A stretch of 64,000 nt of DNA, taken from Saccharicrinis fermentans DSM 9555 = JCM 21142 (GTDB taxonomy: Bacteria > Bacteroidota > Bacteroidia > Bacteroidales > Marinilabiliaceae). The notes under the pieces are model-generated. The model ran no database searches and was not told where the DNA came from. It saw nothing but the letters and a program-made list of their open reading frames with translations. Where the stretch lies: assembly GCF_000517085.1 (NCBI RefSeq), contig NZ_KI912107.1, positions 866,398-930,397 on the forward strand. Reading direction: 5' to 3'. The position numbers and the translations under genes were made by a program. Below are positions 1 through 9,559 of the stretch, in pieces; positions within the stretch are counted from its first letter, which is position 1; every line of letters starts with the position of its first letter.

Positions 1-1
1 T

Positions 2-1414
2 CAAAAGATGGGGCGAAATATTTTCTTGGTGGTAGAGAAACTTAATGAGTTGCTGATTATTGCGGATATTGCTAAACGACTAAATATCCGTCCTAATATT
101 GGTATTCGTATTAAATTGGCTAGCTCGGGTTCAGGTAAATGGGAGAGCTCAGGTGGGGATGCAAGTAAGTTTGGATTAACAGCCAGTGAGCTAATTGAGG
201 CCCTTGATTTTATGGAAGCCAATGGTTTAAAAGATTGTCTGCGACTGGTGCATTTTCACATTGGTAGTCAGGTGACTAAAATTAGACGTATTAAAATTGC
301 CTTGCGTGAAGCCGCTCAGTTTTATGTTCAGCTGCATGGACTGGGGTTTAATGTGGACTTTGTGGATATAGGTGGTGGACTTGGGGTTGATTACGATGGA
401 ACTAAATCGGCCAATAGCGAAAGTAGTGTTAATTATTCCATACAAGAATATGTGAACGATGCCATTTCGAGTCTGGTTGATGCCAGTGATAAAAACGATA
501 TTTCTCATCCTAATATAATTACGGAGTCGGGTCGTTCCTTAACAGCTCATCATTCTATGTTGGTATTTGAAGTATTGGAATCTACTTCCTTGCCCCAATG
601 GCCAGAGGAGGATGAGATTACCGACGATGATCATGAATTGGTGAAAGAATTATATAACTCGTGGGAAGTGCTGAACCAAACTAAGATGTTGGAAGTCTGG
701 CATGATGCCCAATCGGTTCGGGAGGAAGCATTGGATAGGTTTAGTTTGGGATTGTTGGATATAAAAACCCGCGCTCAAGTGGAACGTTTGTTCTGGTCTA
801 TTGCCTACGATATTCATAAAATTACCCAAAGTCTGAAGCATATACCCGACGAGTTTCATAGTCTTCCAAAACTTTTGTCGGATAAGTATTTTTGTAATTT
901 TTCCTTGTTTCAATCTTTACCAGATTCATGGGCCATTGACCAGATATTTCCCATTATTCCCATTCATCGTCATCAAGAAAAGCCAACTCGACATGCCACT
1001 TTGCAGGATATCACCTGTGATAGTGATGGAAAGATTGATAGGTTTATTGCTACGCGTAATTTATCGCATCACTTACCTGTTCATACCGTTAAAAAGGATG
1101 AGCCTTATTATATAGGAGTCTTCCTGGTTGGTGCATATCAAGAAATATTGGGGGATCTTCATAATTTGTTTGGTGATACTAATGCGGTTCATATTTCAGC
1201 CGATGAGCATGGTTATCACATCGACAAGATTATTGATGGGGAAACTGTTGCTGAAGTATTGGAGTATGTTCAATATAGTCCTAAGAAATTGGTGCGCGCC
1301 GTGGAAACATGGGTAACTTCATCGGTTAAGAGTGGTAAAATTTCTTTGTCTGAAGGAAAAGAGTTTTTGTCCAATTATCGTTCAGGACTCTATGGTTATA
1401 CCTACTTGGAGTAA
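2..1414 (+). CDS. speA: biosynthetic arginine decarboxylase, C-terminal ~470 aa (5' end cut by window edge)
   Basis: PLP-fold decarboxylase motifs (GGGLGVDYDG, ESGRSLTAHHS) and a long C-terminal SpeA-specific region. The reading frame is open to position 2, so the true start lies upstream of the window. Confidence 0.75.
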   Translation, partial: QKMGRNIFLVVEKLNELLIIADIAKRLNIRPNIGIRIKLASSGSGKWESSGGDASKFGLTASELIEALDFMEANGLKDCLRLVHFHIGSQVTKIRRIKIALREAAQFYVQLHGLGFNVDFVDIGGGLGVDYDGTKSANSESSVNYSIQEYVNDAISSLVDASDKNDISHPNIITESGRSLTAHHSMLVFEVLESTSLPQWPEEDEITDDDHELVKELYNSWEVLNQTKMLEVWHDAQSVREEALDRFSLGLLDIKTRAQVERLFWSIAYDIHKITQSLKHIPDEFHSLPKLLSDKYFCNFSLFQSLPDSWAIDQIFPIIPIHRHQEKPTRHATLQDITCDSDGKIDRFIATRNLSHHLPVHTVKKDEPYYIGVFLVGAYQEILGDLHNLFGDTNAVHISADEHGYHIDKIIDGETVAEVLEYVQYSPKKLVRAVETWVTSSVKSGKISLSEGKEFLSNYRSGLYGYTYLE

Positions 1415-1480
1415 GTGTTTTTTATGGCGCTTCTGAATTTGTTTTTATTTTCTTTTGTACTCCTATGTTGTATGTGTTGT

Positions 1481-1528
1481 TTCGGTAAAAACACCGTTAA
1501 ATGGTATTTATCGGTAAAAACACCGTTA
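1481..1528. promoter_or_regulatory. two direct copies of palindromic motif TYCGGTAAAAACACCGTTA (CGGT-N6-ACCG) at the 3' end of the DUF3307/satD operon
   Basis: Exact repeats at 1484-1497 and 1512-1525. Related copies sit at 2922-2967 upstream of satD. Confidence 0.4.
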
Positions 1529-2242
1529 TTGTATGGTAAATTGAGTGATTAATATTCCGGCAAGCACTGCAAAACCGAAGCTTAATAGGGTACCTATTAG
1601 TATGTATTCGCTTTTTTGTGTACCATTAAATCGTAATATGGATTTGGCAGCTAGTATTAAACCCACTGCTGCAAATTGTCCTATCAGTATTAATGAAAGT
1701 ACCAGTAAACGTTCAATGATTCCTATTAATTTGCCTGCATTGGGTAAACTATCCTCTTTATTGATGGAGTCTGAAATTTGTATTTTAGATATCTTTAAGA
1801 TATTGCCAATGATGATATTGGTTGGTTTGGTTACAAATATAAAGCTGGCAATAGTGGCCAATGTCTTTATTTTCAGATCCAATAAAAACGTGACATTACC
1901 CCAGTAGGCGTATGCTACCGAAATGATGATTACCATATGAATGCCTTGATCCCAAAAGAAGAAATTTTTTAAAGGGTACCTTAGTTGGATCGTACTTTTG
2001 GCTATGTCAGTGATCAGGTGCAAGCTCATTAATAAAATAGCGGCTTTCCAGAAGTGTATATTCAGTGATGCTATGTAACTTAATACCCCAACGATGAGCA
2101 CATGGTATATGTGATTCCAGGTAAGTGCTTTTTCGCCTTTTTTATCCGACATAGCTTGTGTCTGGAAAATAAAATCAGCTAGCAAATGTGCTATAAATAA
2201 TAGGAGGATGAGCTTAATCTGCATGATTGAAATAATTTTCAA
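1526..2242 (-). CDS. DUF3307-family polytopic membrane protein (usual partner of SatD)
   Basis: Six or more hydrophobic segments. It overlaps and is co-oriented with the SatD-like gene. Confidence 0.6.
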   Translation of the reverse strand: MKIISIMQIKLILLLFIAHLLADFIFQTQAMSDKKGEKALTWNHIYHVLIVGVLSYIASLNIHFWKAAILLMSLHLITDIAKSTIQLRYPLKNFFFWDQGIHMVIIISVAYAYWGNVTFLLDLKIKTLATIASFIFVTKPTNIIIGNILKISKIQISDSINKEDSLPNAGKLIGIIERLLVLSLILIGQFAAVGLILAAKSILRFNGTQKSEYILIGTLLSFGFAVLAGILITQFTIQ

Positions 2243-2909
2243 AGTAGTTTACTGCTTTCTCAATGGCTAGCCATCCGGCAGCAGTTGAATGTTGGCTAAT
2301 GGTTGACTGGTATTTTTCTAATTTTGATGCGATTTCTTTTTCTGTATAGCCCAGTAATTTTAGATAAATGACTTCACTTTGTTTGGGAGAGAAACGTGTA
2401 AAAATCGTATCAAGCAATGCTAATATAACATCAAATTCGTTTTGTATTTTTTCATTGGAACTGCAAAAATACATGGTGTTCTTAATAACTACCTTTTGCT
2501 TATTGGAAGTGGAATATCGTTTAATTGCTCTTCCTGAGAGATAAATGGCTTCCCCATCAATAATTCCTTTTTCAGGCTTAAAAGTCTCTAGTGGAGCAAT
2601 GGCAATGGCTAGCCTAATGCCATGTTCACTGAAGTGCTTTAAGCGTGTCTTATCCTTTTTGTTAATCTCCAATGAAAGAGATTTAACAAAAGCTTTTAAC
2701 AGTAGAGCTATGCGAAGAGCAAAGGTGGGTTCGTTTAATGCAAATTCGATGTAATCGCCTTGTATAAGCCGTCCGTAAAATTTCTCATTCTTATATAATT
2801 CTCCTAAATTATCTATCAGTTTATGGATAGATTCCTCTAAATTTCGTTTTTCAATTTCATTTAGGGATGTGTAGGAAATTACATCTGCTGATATTGTTGC
2901 AAAATACAT
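2214..2909 (-). CDS. SatD-family protein
   Basis: About 230 aa soluble protein. It is paired with the DUF3307 membrane protein, a conserved two-gene arrangement. Confidence 0.5.
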   Translation of the reverse strand: MYFATISADVISYTSLNEIEKRNLEESIHKLIDNLGELYKNEKFYGRLIQGDYIEFALNEPTFALRIALLLKAFVKSLSLEINKKDKTRLKHFSEHGIRLAIAIAPLETFKPEKGIIDGEAIYLSGRAIKRYSTSNKQKVVIKNTMYFCSSNEKIQNEFDVILALLDTIFTRFSPKQSEVIYLKLLGYTEKEIASKLEKYQSTISQHSTAAGWLAIEKAVNYFENYFNHAD

Positions 2910-2920
2910 GATTCTTGTGT

Positions 2921-2970
2921 TTATCGGTAAATATACACATAAATATTATTTATCGGTAAAAAAACCGTTA
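2921..2970. promoter_or_regulatory. CGGTAAA-type palindromic motif copies in the satD promoter region
   Basis: TATCGGTAAATATACAC and TATCGGTAAAAAAACCGTTA lie directly upstream of the satD start on the minus strand. Confidence 0.4.
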
Positions 2971-3324
2971 AATTAACAATGTGTTATACATTGTCTTTTG
3001 CTAAGCGATCACGTTGCTTACTTTTTTATTGGTGCATCTTACGGTTGGCTAATTAGTCTTTGCAAGAAAACTCCAAATACTGTGTTATTCTCATTTTTGA
3101 AACAGTCATTTACAATCAGTAAACTTTTTGTTTTCAAAAATATCGAAAGCCTTGTCTTTGAAGCTTTCTTATCAAAGACAGAAAAAACAGTCGTTCTCTT
3201 GCAGCCACTAATTAGCGAGTAAGAGCTTAGTTACCTACATGTAATGTATGAAAATTTTTCTTTGTAGTTGTACGATTCATAAAAAAATAGGCCTCTGTTT
3301 GTTCGTTTTACGTTTTTATGTCGT

Positions 3325-3714
3325 ATGTTTGCAACATACAACATAAAAATAGAGGAGATGATTAAAACGAATGTTTTTAGTGAAGAACTGCAGGAGCTGG
3401 CGCGTTTTGCCAAAGCCATTTCGCATCCGGCAAGATTAGCGATTCTGAAGTATCTAGCGGAAACCAAGACTTGTATTTCAGGTGATATTTCAGGTTCGTT
3501 ACCTCTTAGCAGGAGTACGGTATCTCAACACTTGAATGAATTAAAAGAATTGGGATTGATACAGGGAACCATTGATGGATTAAAAGTTAATTACTGTTTG
3601 TGTAATACTGATATTAACAGATATCTTCTTTTGCTCGAAAGTTTTTTTGAGCCCATCAAATCGGTCAGTATTCATTGTGATACAAACCAGGTCAAAGAGT
3701 CGAATTCAAAATAA
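3325..3714 (+). CDS. arsR: ArsR/SmtB-family metalloregulator
   Basis: HTH motif ISHPARLAILKYL and the cysteine-containing stretch ETKTCISGDISG. It is the first gene of the arsenic cluster. An alternative start is M at 3358. Confidence 0.8.
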   Translation: MFATYNIKIEEMIKTNVFSEELQELARFAKAISHPARLAILKYLAETKTCISGDISGSLPLSRSTVSQHLNELKELGLIQGTIDGLKVNYCLCNTDINRYLLLLESFFEPIKSVSIHCDTNQVKESNSK

Positions 3715-3730
3715 AATGTAGGAATAACTG

Positions 3731-3833
3731 GAGTATATCAAACGAGCTATGGGAATGGGTTCATACACAGGAGTATGGATCATTTTAGTGAGTTTCATAT
3801 GGCCATTGAAAGATAAATTATAAACATATGAAA
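3731..3833 (+). repeat. dispersed ~90-nt intergenic element, copy A (diverged)
   Basis: Shares AAACGAGCYATGGGAAT...CATATGGCCATTGAAAGATAAATT with the copies at 4341, 5245 and 13603. Confidence 0.5.
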
Positions 3834-3920
3834 CTGGCCTGGCCAGCGCAAATAATTGGGCACATGGGTGAATGATTGGAATTTGCACCGGCTAGTGACG
3901 TTTTGCTAATTTTTAAACGG

Positions 3921-4340
3921 ATGAAAGTATTGATTTTATGTACAGGCAATAGCTGTAGGAGTCAGATGGCTCATGGCTTTTTGCAATCATTTGATGCAAA
4001 TATTACTGTGTGCTCAGCGGGTACAGAAGCATCGGGTAAGCTGAATGCTAAGGCTGTTAAGGCAATGGCTGAAATAGGTATTGATATTAGTGGACATACT
4101 TCTGATTCGGTTAGTAAGTACTTGGATGAGGAATGGGATTATGTTATTACTGTTTGTGGTGGCGCCAATGAAGCTTGTCCTGCCTTCGTGGGAAAAGTAA
4201 AACATCGTTTGCATATTGGTTTTGATGATCCTTCTCATGCATTGGGTTCAGAGGAATTTATATGGAGTGAATTTATACGGGTACGTGATGAAATAAAAGC
4301 AGGTTTTAGAAAATTTTATGACGAACAAATTAAACGGTAA
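3921..4340 (+). CDS. arsC: arsenate reductase, LMW-PTP / thioredoxin-coupled type
   Basis: CX5R P-loop (LCTGNSCRSQMA) near the N-terminus and the downstream Cys pair. Confidence 0.8.
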   Translation: MKVLILCTGNSCRSQMAHGFLQSFDANITVCSAGTEASGKLNAKAVKAMAEIGIDISGHTSDSVSKYLDEEWDYVITVCGGANEACPAFVGKVKHRLHIGFDDPSHALGSEEFIWSEFIRVRDEIKAGFRKFYDEQIKR

Positions 4341-4436
4341 GTATGAAACGAGCCATGAGAATAGATTCACACACAAGGGGGTGATTGTTTTCGGTGAGTT
4401 ACTTATGGTCTTTGAAAGATAAAATTTATATATATG
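4341..4436 (+). repeat. dispersed ~90-nt intergenic element, copy B
   Basis: About 95% identical to copy C. It contains a putative 8-bp stem GCCATGAG/CTTATGGY and ends at the arsM ATG. Confidence 0.55.
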
Positions 4437-5243
4437 AAAGCACAGGATTTAAAATTTGTTGTGAAAGAAAAATATGGTGAAATAGCTTCACAAAGTAAAA
4501 AACAAAATCAAAGTTCTTGTTGCGGCAGTACTGGTTGTAGTGATCATATGGACTATACTATTTTTAGTGATGACTATACTAAGTTGGCAGGCTATCGTCC
4601 GGAGGCTGATTTGGGATTGGGGTGTGGTTTGCCTACCCAGTATGCTGAGATAAAATCCGGTGATCATATATTGGACCTGGGCTCAGGAGCGGGTAATGAT
4701 TGTTTTGTTGCGCGTACCATAATTGGAGAATCGGGACATGTAACGGGAATCGACTTCACCGATGCCATGCTGGAGAAAGCAAATAAAAATCTGCAAAAAA
4801 CAGGATTTAAAAATATTGATTTTATAAAAGGTGACATTGAAGATATGCCCTTGAAGGATAATTGTTTTGACGTGGTTATCAGTAACTGTGTTTTGAATCT
4901 TGTTCCTGATAAACAAAAAGCTTTTGGAGAAATTTTTAGGGTGTTGAAACCAGGTGGTCATTTTTGTATTTCAGATGTAGTGTTGACAGGGCAATTACCT
5001 GAAAAAATGCAGCAGGCTGCCGAAATGTATGCGGGCTGTGTCTCGGGAGCCATTCAAAAGGAACATTATTTAAATATTATTACAGGGAATGGATTTACTC
5101 ATGTTGTGGTAAAAAAAGAGAAGGAGATAGAGATACCTCAAAATATTCTTTTGAATTATATCTCGCAGGATGAATTGACGGATTTTAAAAAGAGTAAGGT
5201 AGGTATTTATAGTATAACTGTGAATGGAACAAAGGAAATTTAA
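4434..5243 (+). CDS. arsM: arsenite S-adenosylmethionine methyltransferase
   Basis: Class I SAM motif LDLGSGAGND and the N-terminal cysteine cluster CCGSTGC typical of ArsM. Confidence 0.75.
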   Translation: MKAQDLKFVVKEKYGEIASQSKKQNQSSCCGSTGCSDHMDYTIFSDDYTKLAGYRPEADLGLGCGLPTQYAEIKSGDHILDLGSGAGNDCFVARTIIGESGHVTGIDFTDAMLEKANKNLQKTGFKNIDFIKGDIEDMPLKDNCFDVVISNCVLNLVPDKQKAFGEIFRVLKPGGHFCISDVVLTGQLPEKMQQAAEMYAGCVSGAIQKEHYLNIITGNGFTHVVVKKEKEIEIPQNILLNYISQDELTDFKKSKVGIYSITVNGTKEI

Positions 5244-5244
5244 T

Positions 5245-5345
5245 TGGAGTATATGAAACGAGCCATGAGAATAGATTCACACACAAGGGGGTGATTGTTT
5301 TCGGTGAGTTACTTATGGCCATTGAAAGATAAATTTAGACATATG
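5245..5345 (+). repeat. dispersed ~90-nt intergenic element, copy C
   Basis: Near-identical to copy B and ends at the acr3 ATG. Confidence 0.55.
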
Positions 5346-6365
5346 AAAAAGCAAATTGGATTCTTTGAAAAGTATTTAAGTCTTTGGGTTGCTATCTGTA
5401 TTGCTGTAGGTATTGCTATTGGTGGCTTTGTTGGAGATGGAATTCAGGTATTGGCTAACATGGAGATTTACAAAGTGAATATTCCGGTTGCCATTTTAAT
5501 CTGGCTTATGATTTACCCTATGATGCTACAAATTGATTTTTCAAGTATTAAAAATGTAGGAAAACGTCCCAAGGGTTTAATATTAACCCTGGTGGTGAAT
5601 TGGTTAATTAAACCATTTACCATGGCTTTTTTTGCATGGATGTTTTTTTCAAAATTGTATGGGGCATGGATTTCTCCAGAGGAGGCAGGAGAATATATTG
5701 CCGGTGCCATTTTATTGGGAGCTGCACCCTGTACCGCAATGGTATTTGTATGGAGTTACCTAAGTGATGGGGATCCGAATTATACATTGGTACAGGTGTC
5801 AGTAAACGACCTGATTATTTTGGTGGCTTTTATTCCTATTGTGGGTTTGTTGTTGGGTATTACTAATATCACGATTCCTTACGATACTTTGGTGGCTAGT
5901 GTTGTTGTGTTTGTAGTGGTTCCTCTTTTAGCCGGGTATATAACCCACAAAATTCTGATTAAACGCAGGGGAGCTGAATGGTTTAAAAATGAGTTTCTAC
6001 CAAAATTTAAGCCCGTGTCAATTTTTGCTTTACTGCTTACATTGGTATTATTATTTGCCTTCCAGGGAAGCATTATTGTGGAGAATCCTCTTATTATTCT
6101 TTTGGTGGCTATTCCATTGGTTATACAAACCTACTTTATATTTTTTGTGACTTGGTTTAGTGGCAAAAAACTAAGGTTACCTTATGCCATTTGTTCGCCT
6201 GCTGCCATGATTGGGGCAAGTAACTTTTTTGAGCTGGCTGTAGCTGTGGCTATTGCTTTATTTGGCTTGCAGTCTCCGGCAGCGATGGTTACCGTAGTAG
6301 GTGTTTTAGTGGAAGTACCTGTGATGTTATCGCTTGTGAAATTGGCCAATAAATGGAAATATTAG
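5343..6365 (+). CDS. acr3: ACR3-family arsenite efflux permease
   Basis: About 340 aa with 10 TM segments. It is the last gene of the ars cluster. Confidence 0.85.
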   Translation: MKKQIGFFEKYLSLWVAICIAVGIAIGGFVGDGIQVLANMEIYKVNIPVAILIWLMIYPMMLQIDFSSIKNVGKRPKGLILTLVVNWLIKPFTMAFFAWMFFSKLYGAWISPEEAGEYIAGAILLGAAPCTAMVFVWSYLSDGDPNYTLVQVSVNDLIILVAFIPIVGLLLGITNITIPYDTLVASVVVFVVVPLLAGYITHKILIKRRGAEWFKNEFLPKFKPVSIFALLLTLVLLFAFQGSIIVENPLIILLVAIPLVIQTYFIFFVTWFSGKKLRLPYAICSPAAMIGASNFFELAVAVAIALFGLQSPAAMVTVVGVLVEVPVMLSLVKLANKWKY

Positions 6366-6374
6366 TATAATGGT

Positions 6375-6417
6375 AAGCGTAAACCTGATATTCTTTATTG
6401 AAATCAGGTTTACGCTT
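6375..6417. terminator. bidirectional rho-independent terminator (15-bp perfect stem)
   Basis: AAGCGTAAACCTGAT...ATCAGGTTTACGCTT followed by a T-run. It lies between convergent acr3 and the 6442 gene. Confidence 0.65.
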
Positions 6418-6441
6418 CTTCGCTTATTTTTTTATGTCTGT

Positions 6442-8586
6442 TTATTGCATGCTGGCATGATTCTCAACAAAGTGTTTTAACCTAAACAAACAAATTAATA
6501 GATGTCCATCACGAAGTTTTGTACTGTGGTTCAATAGGCTTTCCATGGATATCCAATGCAATTCTTTAGAAGGAGAATCTAAGGTAATGACATAAGGGTA
6601 CACCTGTTCGGGGCTGGCTCCCGCACATGGTATGTATTTTTCTCCAAGTTTTTGCATGGATTCAATTTTACAATTGAACATTTTTTTTGCAGAGATATAA
6701 CGCTTCATCTCATATAGGTTTGTAATCTCCTTGGGTAGACGATAAGCTGGTGCTGTTAAAATAGTACTATTGCCTTCTTTTAACTGCGGAACAGGTAGTT
6801 CTCTTTTTTCAATACCTAAATAAATCTTGTTGTTAAAAGAAAATACAGGAAGGGTTACTATAGTGTTTGAACTAAGGTGTTGTGGTTCAATGTATTCAAG
6901 AATCGCTTCGCTATCTTCTTGTTGGTATTCATAAAACTTTGCACGCTTATGTACTAAAAAGTGGGCGGTACGATCACTCTTTTTATAGGGCTGCTTGGTT
7001 ACTTGGGTGATTGTATCTATGTTTGATACAACAAGCTCCTGAGTTTTTTGAATTTGAATTTCTTCATTTAGCCATTTGCCCAAGGGTTTATTGAGTTTAT
7101 TTAATAAACGATAAAGCCCCAGTTCTAGTCGAGCCTCAGGAAGTGCACCAACTTGTGCCGATTTTAGAAGTTGCAATGCATCATATTCGATGATTTTTCC
7201 GGATTCTTTAAAGCCTGAGAACGAACCTAAGCTTTTGAGTGTTTGGGGAGTGCTTGATATTTCAATGGAATAGGAAACTACACATTCATTAATGCCTCCC
7301 GGAGAGGTATAAAATTGGAGTTCTTTGGATAGTTGCTGTACCTTATCTTTCTTGATCCCGGTTCTTTCTGTTAAAATATCTTTGATATGATCAGCAGTGA
7401 TATGCTTGTTGGTGGAACCTGTGATGCCTTCAATGATATAACCGCTATATCGTTTGTTATCAAGTATCCTGGAGAGTGTATTGATGATTGGGCGGGGGTA
7501 ATTGTGTTTGGCAATTATCTTAATGTTTTCCTTGTCTATATAATAGGGGAGGAGGTCGATAACCGAACCCGGGCGATTGGCCAGGTCAAATATGGCATGG
7601 GTTTCCTCATGCACATAAGAATGTAACTCTAAAAAACTGTTGTTTTGAACCGGCAGCTGGCGGGCAGCCTTGAGGAGGGTACCCTTATTGATAACCTTTT
7701 CTGCTGCGATTACATAATTGGTAGGAGGGGTACTGATGACTTCGCCCTGGGCATTGGTGAGTTTAAATTTTCCTTTGTATCTGTTGTTGATAATCCACGC
7801 ATTGTATATGGGTTGCGATACGATAGTTCTCATACCAAGAGAGGCCATTACATTTTCAAATTCTTCCTGATTAAAGTAGCCATATTCTTCCTGTAATTCA
7901 ATTTTCCAATCCTTTAAATAATCTTTTCTACGGATGAATTCAACGGCATCAGGGAAGCTTAATTGATAGCTAGGCTCATTGTTTTCTTCTATTTTTTTTA
8001 AGGGGAATCCCCGCTCCTCAACGGTAGATAAAGACCTGGCATCACGTGCAAATTGCTCCAGTAGCTCGGCATCAAAATGACCTTGTTTATTATTCGGAAA
8101 ATGAATGAAGATATCTTCATTGTCAGGTTTTACAAAATCACGAATCACCAATACGCCCTCTTCACAAAGAAGCTCAGCTTGCCTTTTAAGTGTTAAATAT
8201 GCTTTTTGTGGTGCATAGTTGTTAAAAGAGGTGATGTGATGAATAGAGGAGCAATTGAAGAAGCCGCATATTTTTTCGGAGCTCAATGTTTCCAGGGTTT
8301 CTCCGTCATCGGCTCTAAACTCTAGGTTGGGTAAACTGTATTTTTCTCTGGCTATCTCAACCATCTTAGGGTTGATATCGATGCCAATTATTTTTGTTTT
8401 AGGGAATAGTAATGCCAGTATGTATGAACTAGTGCCAGAAGCCATCCCTACGTCTACGATGGAATGGCCTTCTTTTTCGGAGAAATAGGCACTGGCCGAA
8501 GCTACTTTTTCAACAATAATAGAATCCATTCCGGCCAGATATCTTTGGTATTTACTTTTGTCACCTCTATCTTGATCTGCATACAT
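6442..8586 (-). CDS. class I SAM-dependent methyltransferase fused to a ~500-aa domain of unknown function
   Basis: The N-terminal ~200 aa carry motif I VDVGMASGTSSY and post-I IGIDINPKMVEIA. The remaining ~500 aa are unrecognised. The start was chosen at MYADQ so that it abuts the upstream gene. Confidence 0.6.
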   Translation of the reverse strand: MYADQDRGDKSKYQRYLAGMDSIIVEKVASASAYFSEKEGHSIVDVGMASGTSSYILALLFPKTKIIGIDINPKMVEIAREKYSLPNLEFRADDGETLETLSSEKICGFFNCSSIHHITSFNNYAPQKAYLTLKRQAELLCEEGVLVIRDFVKPDNEDIFIHFPNNKQGHFDAELLEQFARDARSLSTVEERGFPLKKIEENNEPSYQLSFPDAVEFIRRKDYLKDWKIELQEEYGYFNQEEFENVMASLGMRTIVSQPIYNAWIINNRYKGKFKLTNAQGEVISTPPTNYVIAAEKVINKGTLLKAARQLPVQNNSFLELHSYVHEETHAIFDLANRPGSVIDLLPYYIDKENIKIIAKHNYPRPIINTLSRILDNKRYSGYIIEGITGSTNKHITADHIKDILTERTGIKKDKVQQLSKELQFYTSPGGINECVVSYSIEISSTPQTLKSLGSFSGFKESGKIIEYDALQLLKSAQVGALPEARLELGLYRLLNKLNKPLGKWLNEEIQIQKTQELVVSNIDTITQVTKQPYKKSDRTAHFLVHKRAKFYEYQQEDSEAILEYIEPQHLSSNTIVTLPVFSFNNKIYLGIEKRELPVPQLKEGNSTILTAPAYRLPKEITNLYEMKRYISAKKMFNCKIESMQKLGEKYIPCAGASPEQVYPYVITLDSPSKELHWISMESLLNHSTKLRDGHLLICLFRLKHFVENHASMQ

Positions 8587-8614
8587 AATTTGAAATATTT
8601 TTTGGAGTCTAAAA

Positions 8615-9556
8615 TTACGAGTTATTATTTTGTGACAAAACAATGTTTGCACTTTCGTTGGCGATGCCAATTTCAGCAATAGATCCTGCGTTGAATTGCA
8701 AGTAGTCATCTTCTAAACCGTCACTAAATATTTTGCCATTCATGGGCATGTAAGATTCTATATTTAAAGGCTGACTCTTTGAAATAATTCCTGCACATAT
8801 ACGTATGTCAGAGTGCTGACTTTTAAAAGGTTCTCGCACAACAAAGATCAGATTCTTTTCATTCCAATCCATCTTTATGTCTAGATTTGCATGTTTTCCA
8901 TCAAAAGACTTATATATACCATTTGCCATATTCAGCAGGGAGCTTAACCATCCTGTTGATCCTGCACCTGTTGATACAATGATACCACTTGAGGATTGTT
9001 GTTCTGATTGTTGCTTATAGGATAACTGATATCGGGCAGATGTGTGGGAGCTAGGCCCAATGAATAAGTCATTGAACGCTAGCATGCTTTGTCCGTCATT
9101 TAGTTTAGCCTCAGCCATGGTGACCTTTGAAAAACCGCATTTGCCTTCCAGAAGCTGGAGCAATCCTTTTTCGTAGCTACTGACCTTGAATGGTAATAAA
9201 ACCCCATCGTTCCTGACGGGATCGGGATTTACGGGTATCATGGGTAATCCCTTGGCATATTTGGCAGTGTTCGCTACCAATCCATCTTGTCCTAGCACAA
9301 CAATACTGTCTGAAGCACTGAACATGAAGTTTGGTAAGAAAGATCGGTCTATGACCTTGAACTTTAGGTGTTTGTTGGTGAGTTTCTGAATTTCGTCCAG
9401 TGATTTTTTGATACAATCATGTTCTAATTCATACTCCTCAAACCGACCACCCGAATGTTCAATGTAAAACCGGGCTTGCGCTTTTGTGTTAAAACGTTCA
9501 ATCAGCAGCTCAAGCCTGGTTTTATGTGTTACTATAATTACATTATCTATTGACAT
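8615..9556 (-). CDS. NAD kinase-family (ATP-NAD/diacylglycerol-kinase fold) protein
   Basis: GGDGT-like motif VLGQDGLV and the NAD-kinase C-terminal motif DGIIVSTGAGSTGWLSS. Confidence 0.6.
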   Translation of the reverse strand: MSIDNVIIVTHKTRLELLIERFNTKAQARFYIEHSGGRFEEYELEHDCIKKSLDEIQKLTNKHLKFKVIDRSFLPNFMFSASDSIVVLGQDGLVANTAKYAKGLPMIPVNPDPVRNDGVLLPFKVSSYEKGLLQLLEGKCGFSKVTMAEAKLNDGQSMLAFNDLFIGPSSHTSARYQLSYKQQSEQQSSSGIIVSTGAGSTGWLSSLLNMANGIYKSFDGKHANLDIKMDWNEKNLIFVVREPFKSQHSDIRICAGIISKSQPLNIESYMPMNGKIFSDGLEDDYLQFNAGSIAEIGIANESANIVLSQNNNS

Positions 9557-9559
9557 TAT

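Noticed and set aside
227-913. Minus-strand ORFs (93 and 87 aa) inside the speA region
   Set aside because: They are antisense to a long, motif-rich decarboxylase frame, have no start context, and show low-complexity composition typical of shadow ORFs.
1545-1907. 120-aa plus-strand ORF
   Set aside because: It lies fully inside the DUF3307 membrane protein gene on the other strand and is a shadow ORF.
2998-3222. 74-aa ORF in the satD-arsR intergenic region
   Set aside because: It has no coding signal. The region contains the conserved 33-nt motif and promoter-like AT tracts, so it is treated as non-coding.
5321-5350. The 30-mer TTGAAAGATAAATTTAnnCATATGAAAAAG shared by acr3 and the second sulfatase (52905) as a mobile element
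   Set aside because: On its own it fits the lineage's -7 box (TAnnTTTG-like) followed by a short-leader start codon. It is a strong-promoter consensus, not an element. Only the longer upstream ~60-nt shared part is reported as a repeat.
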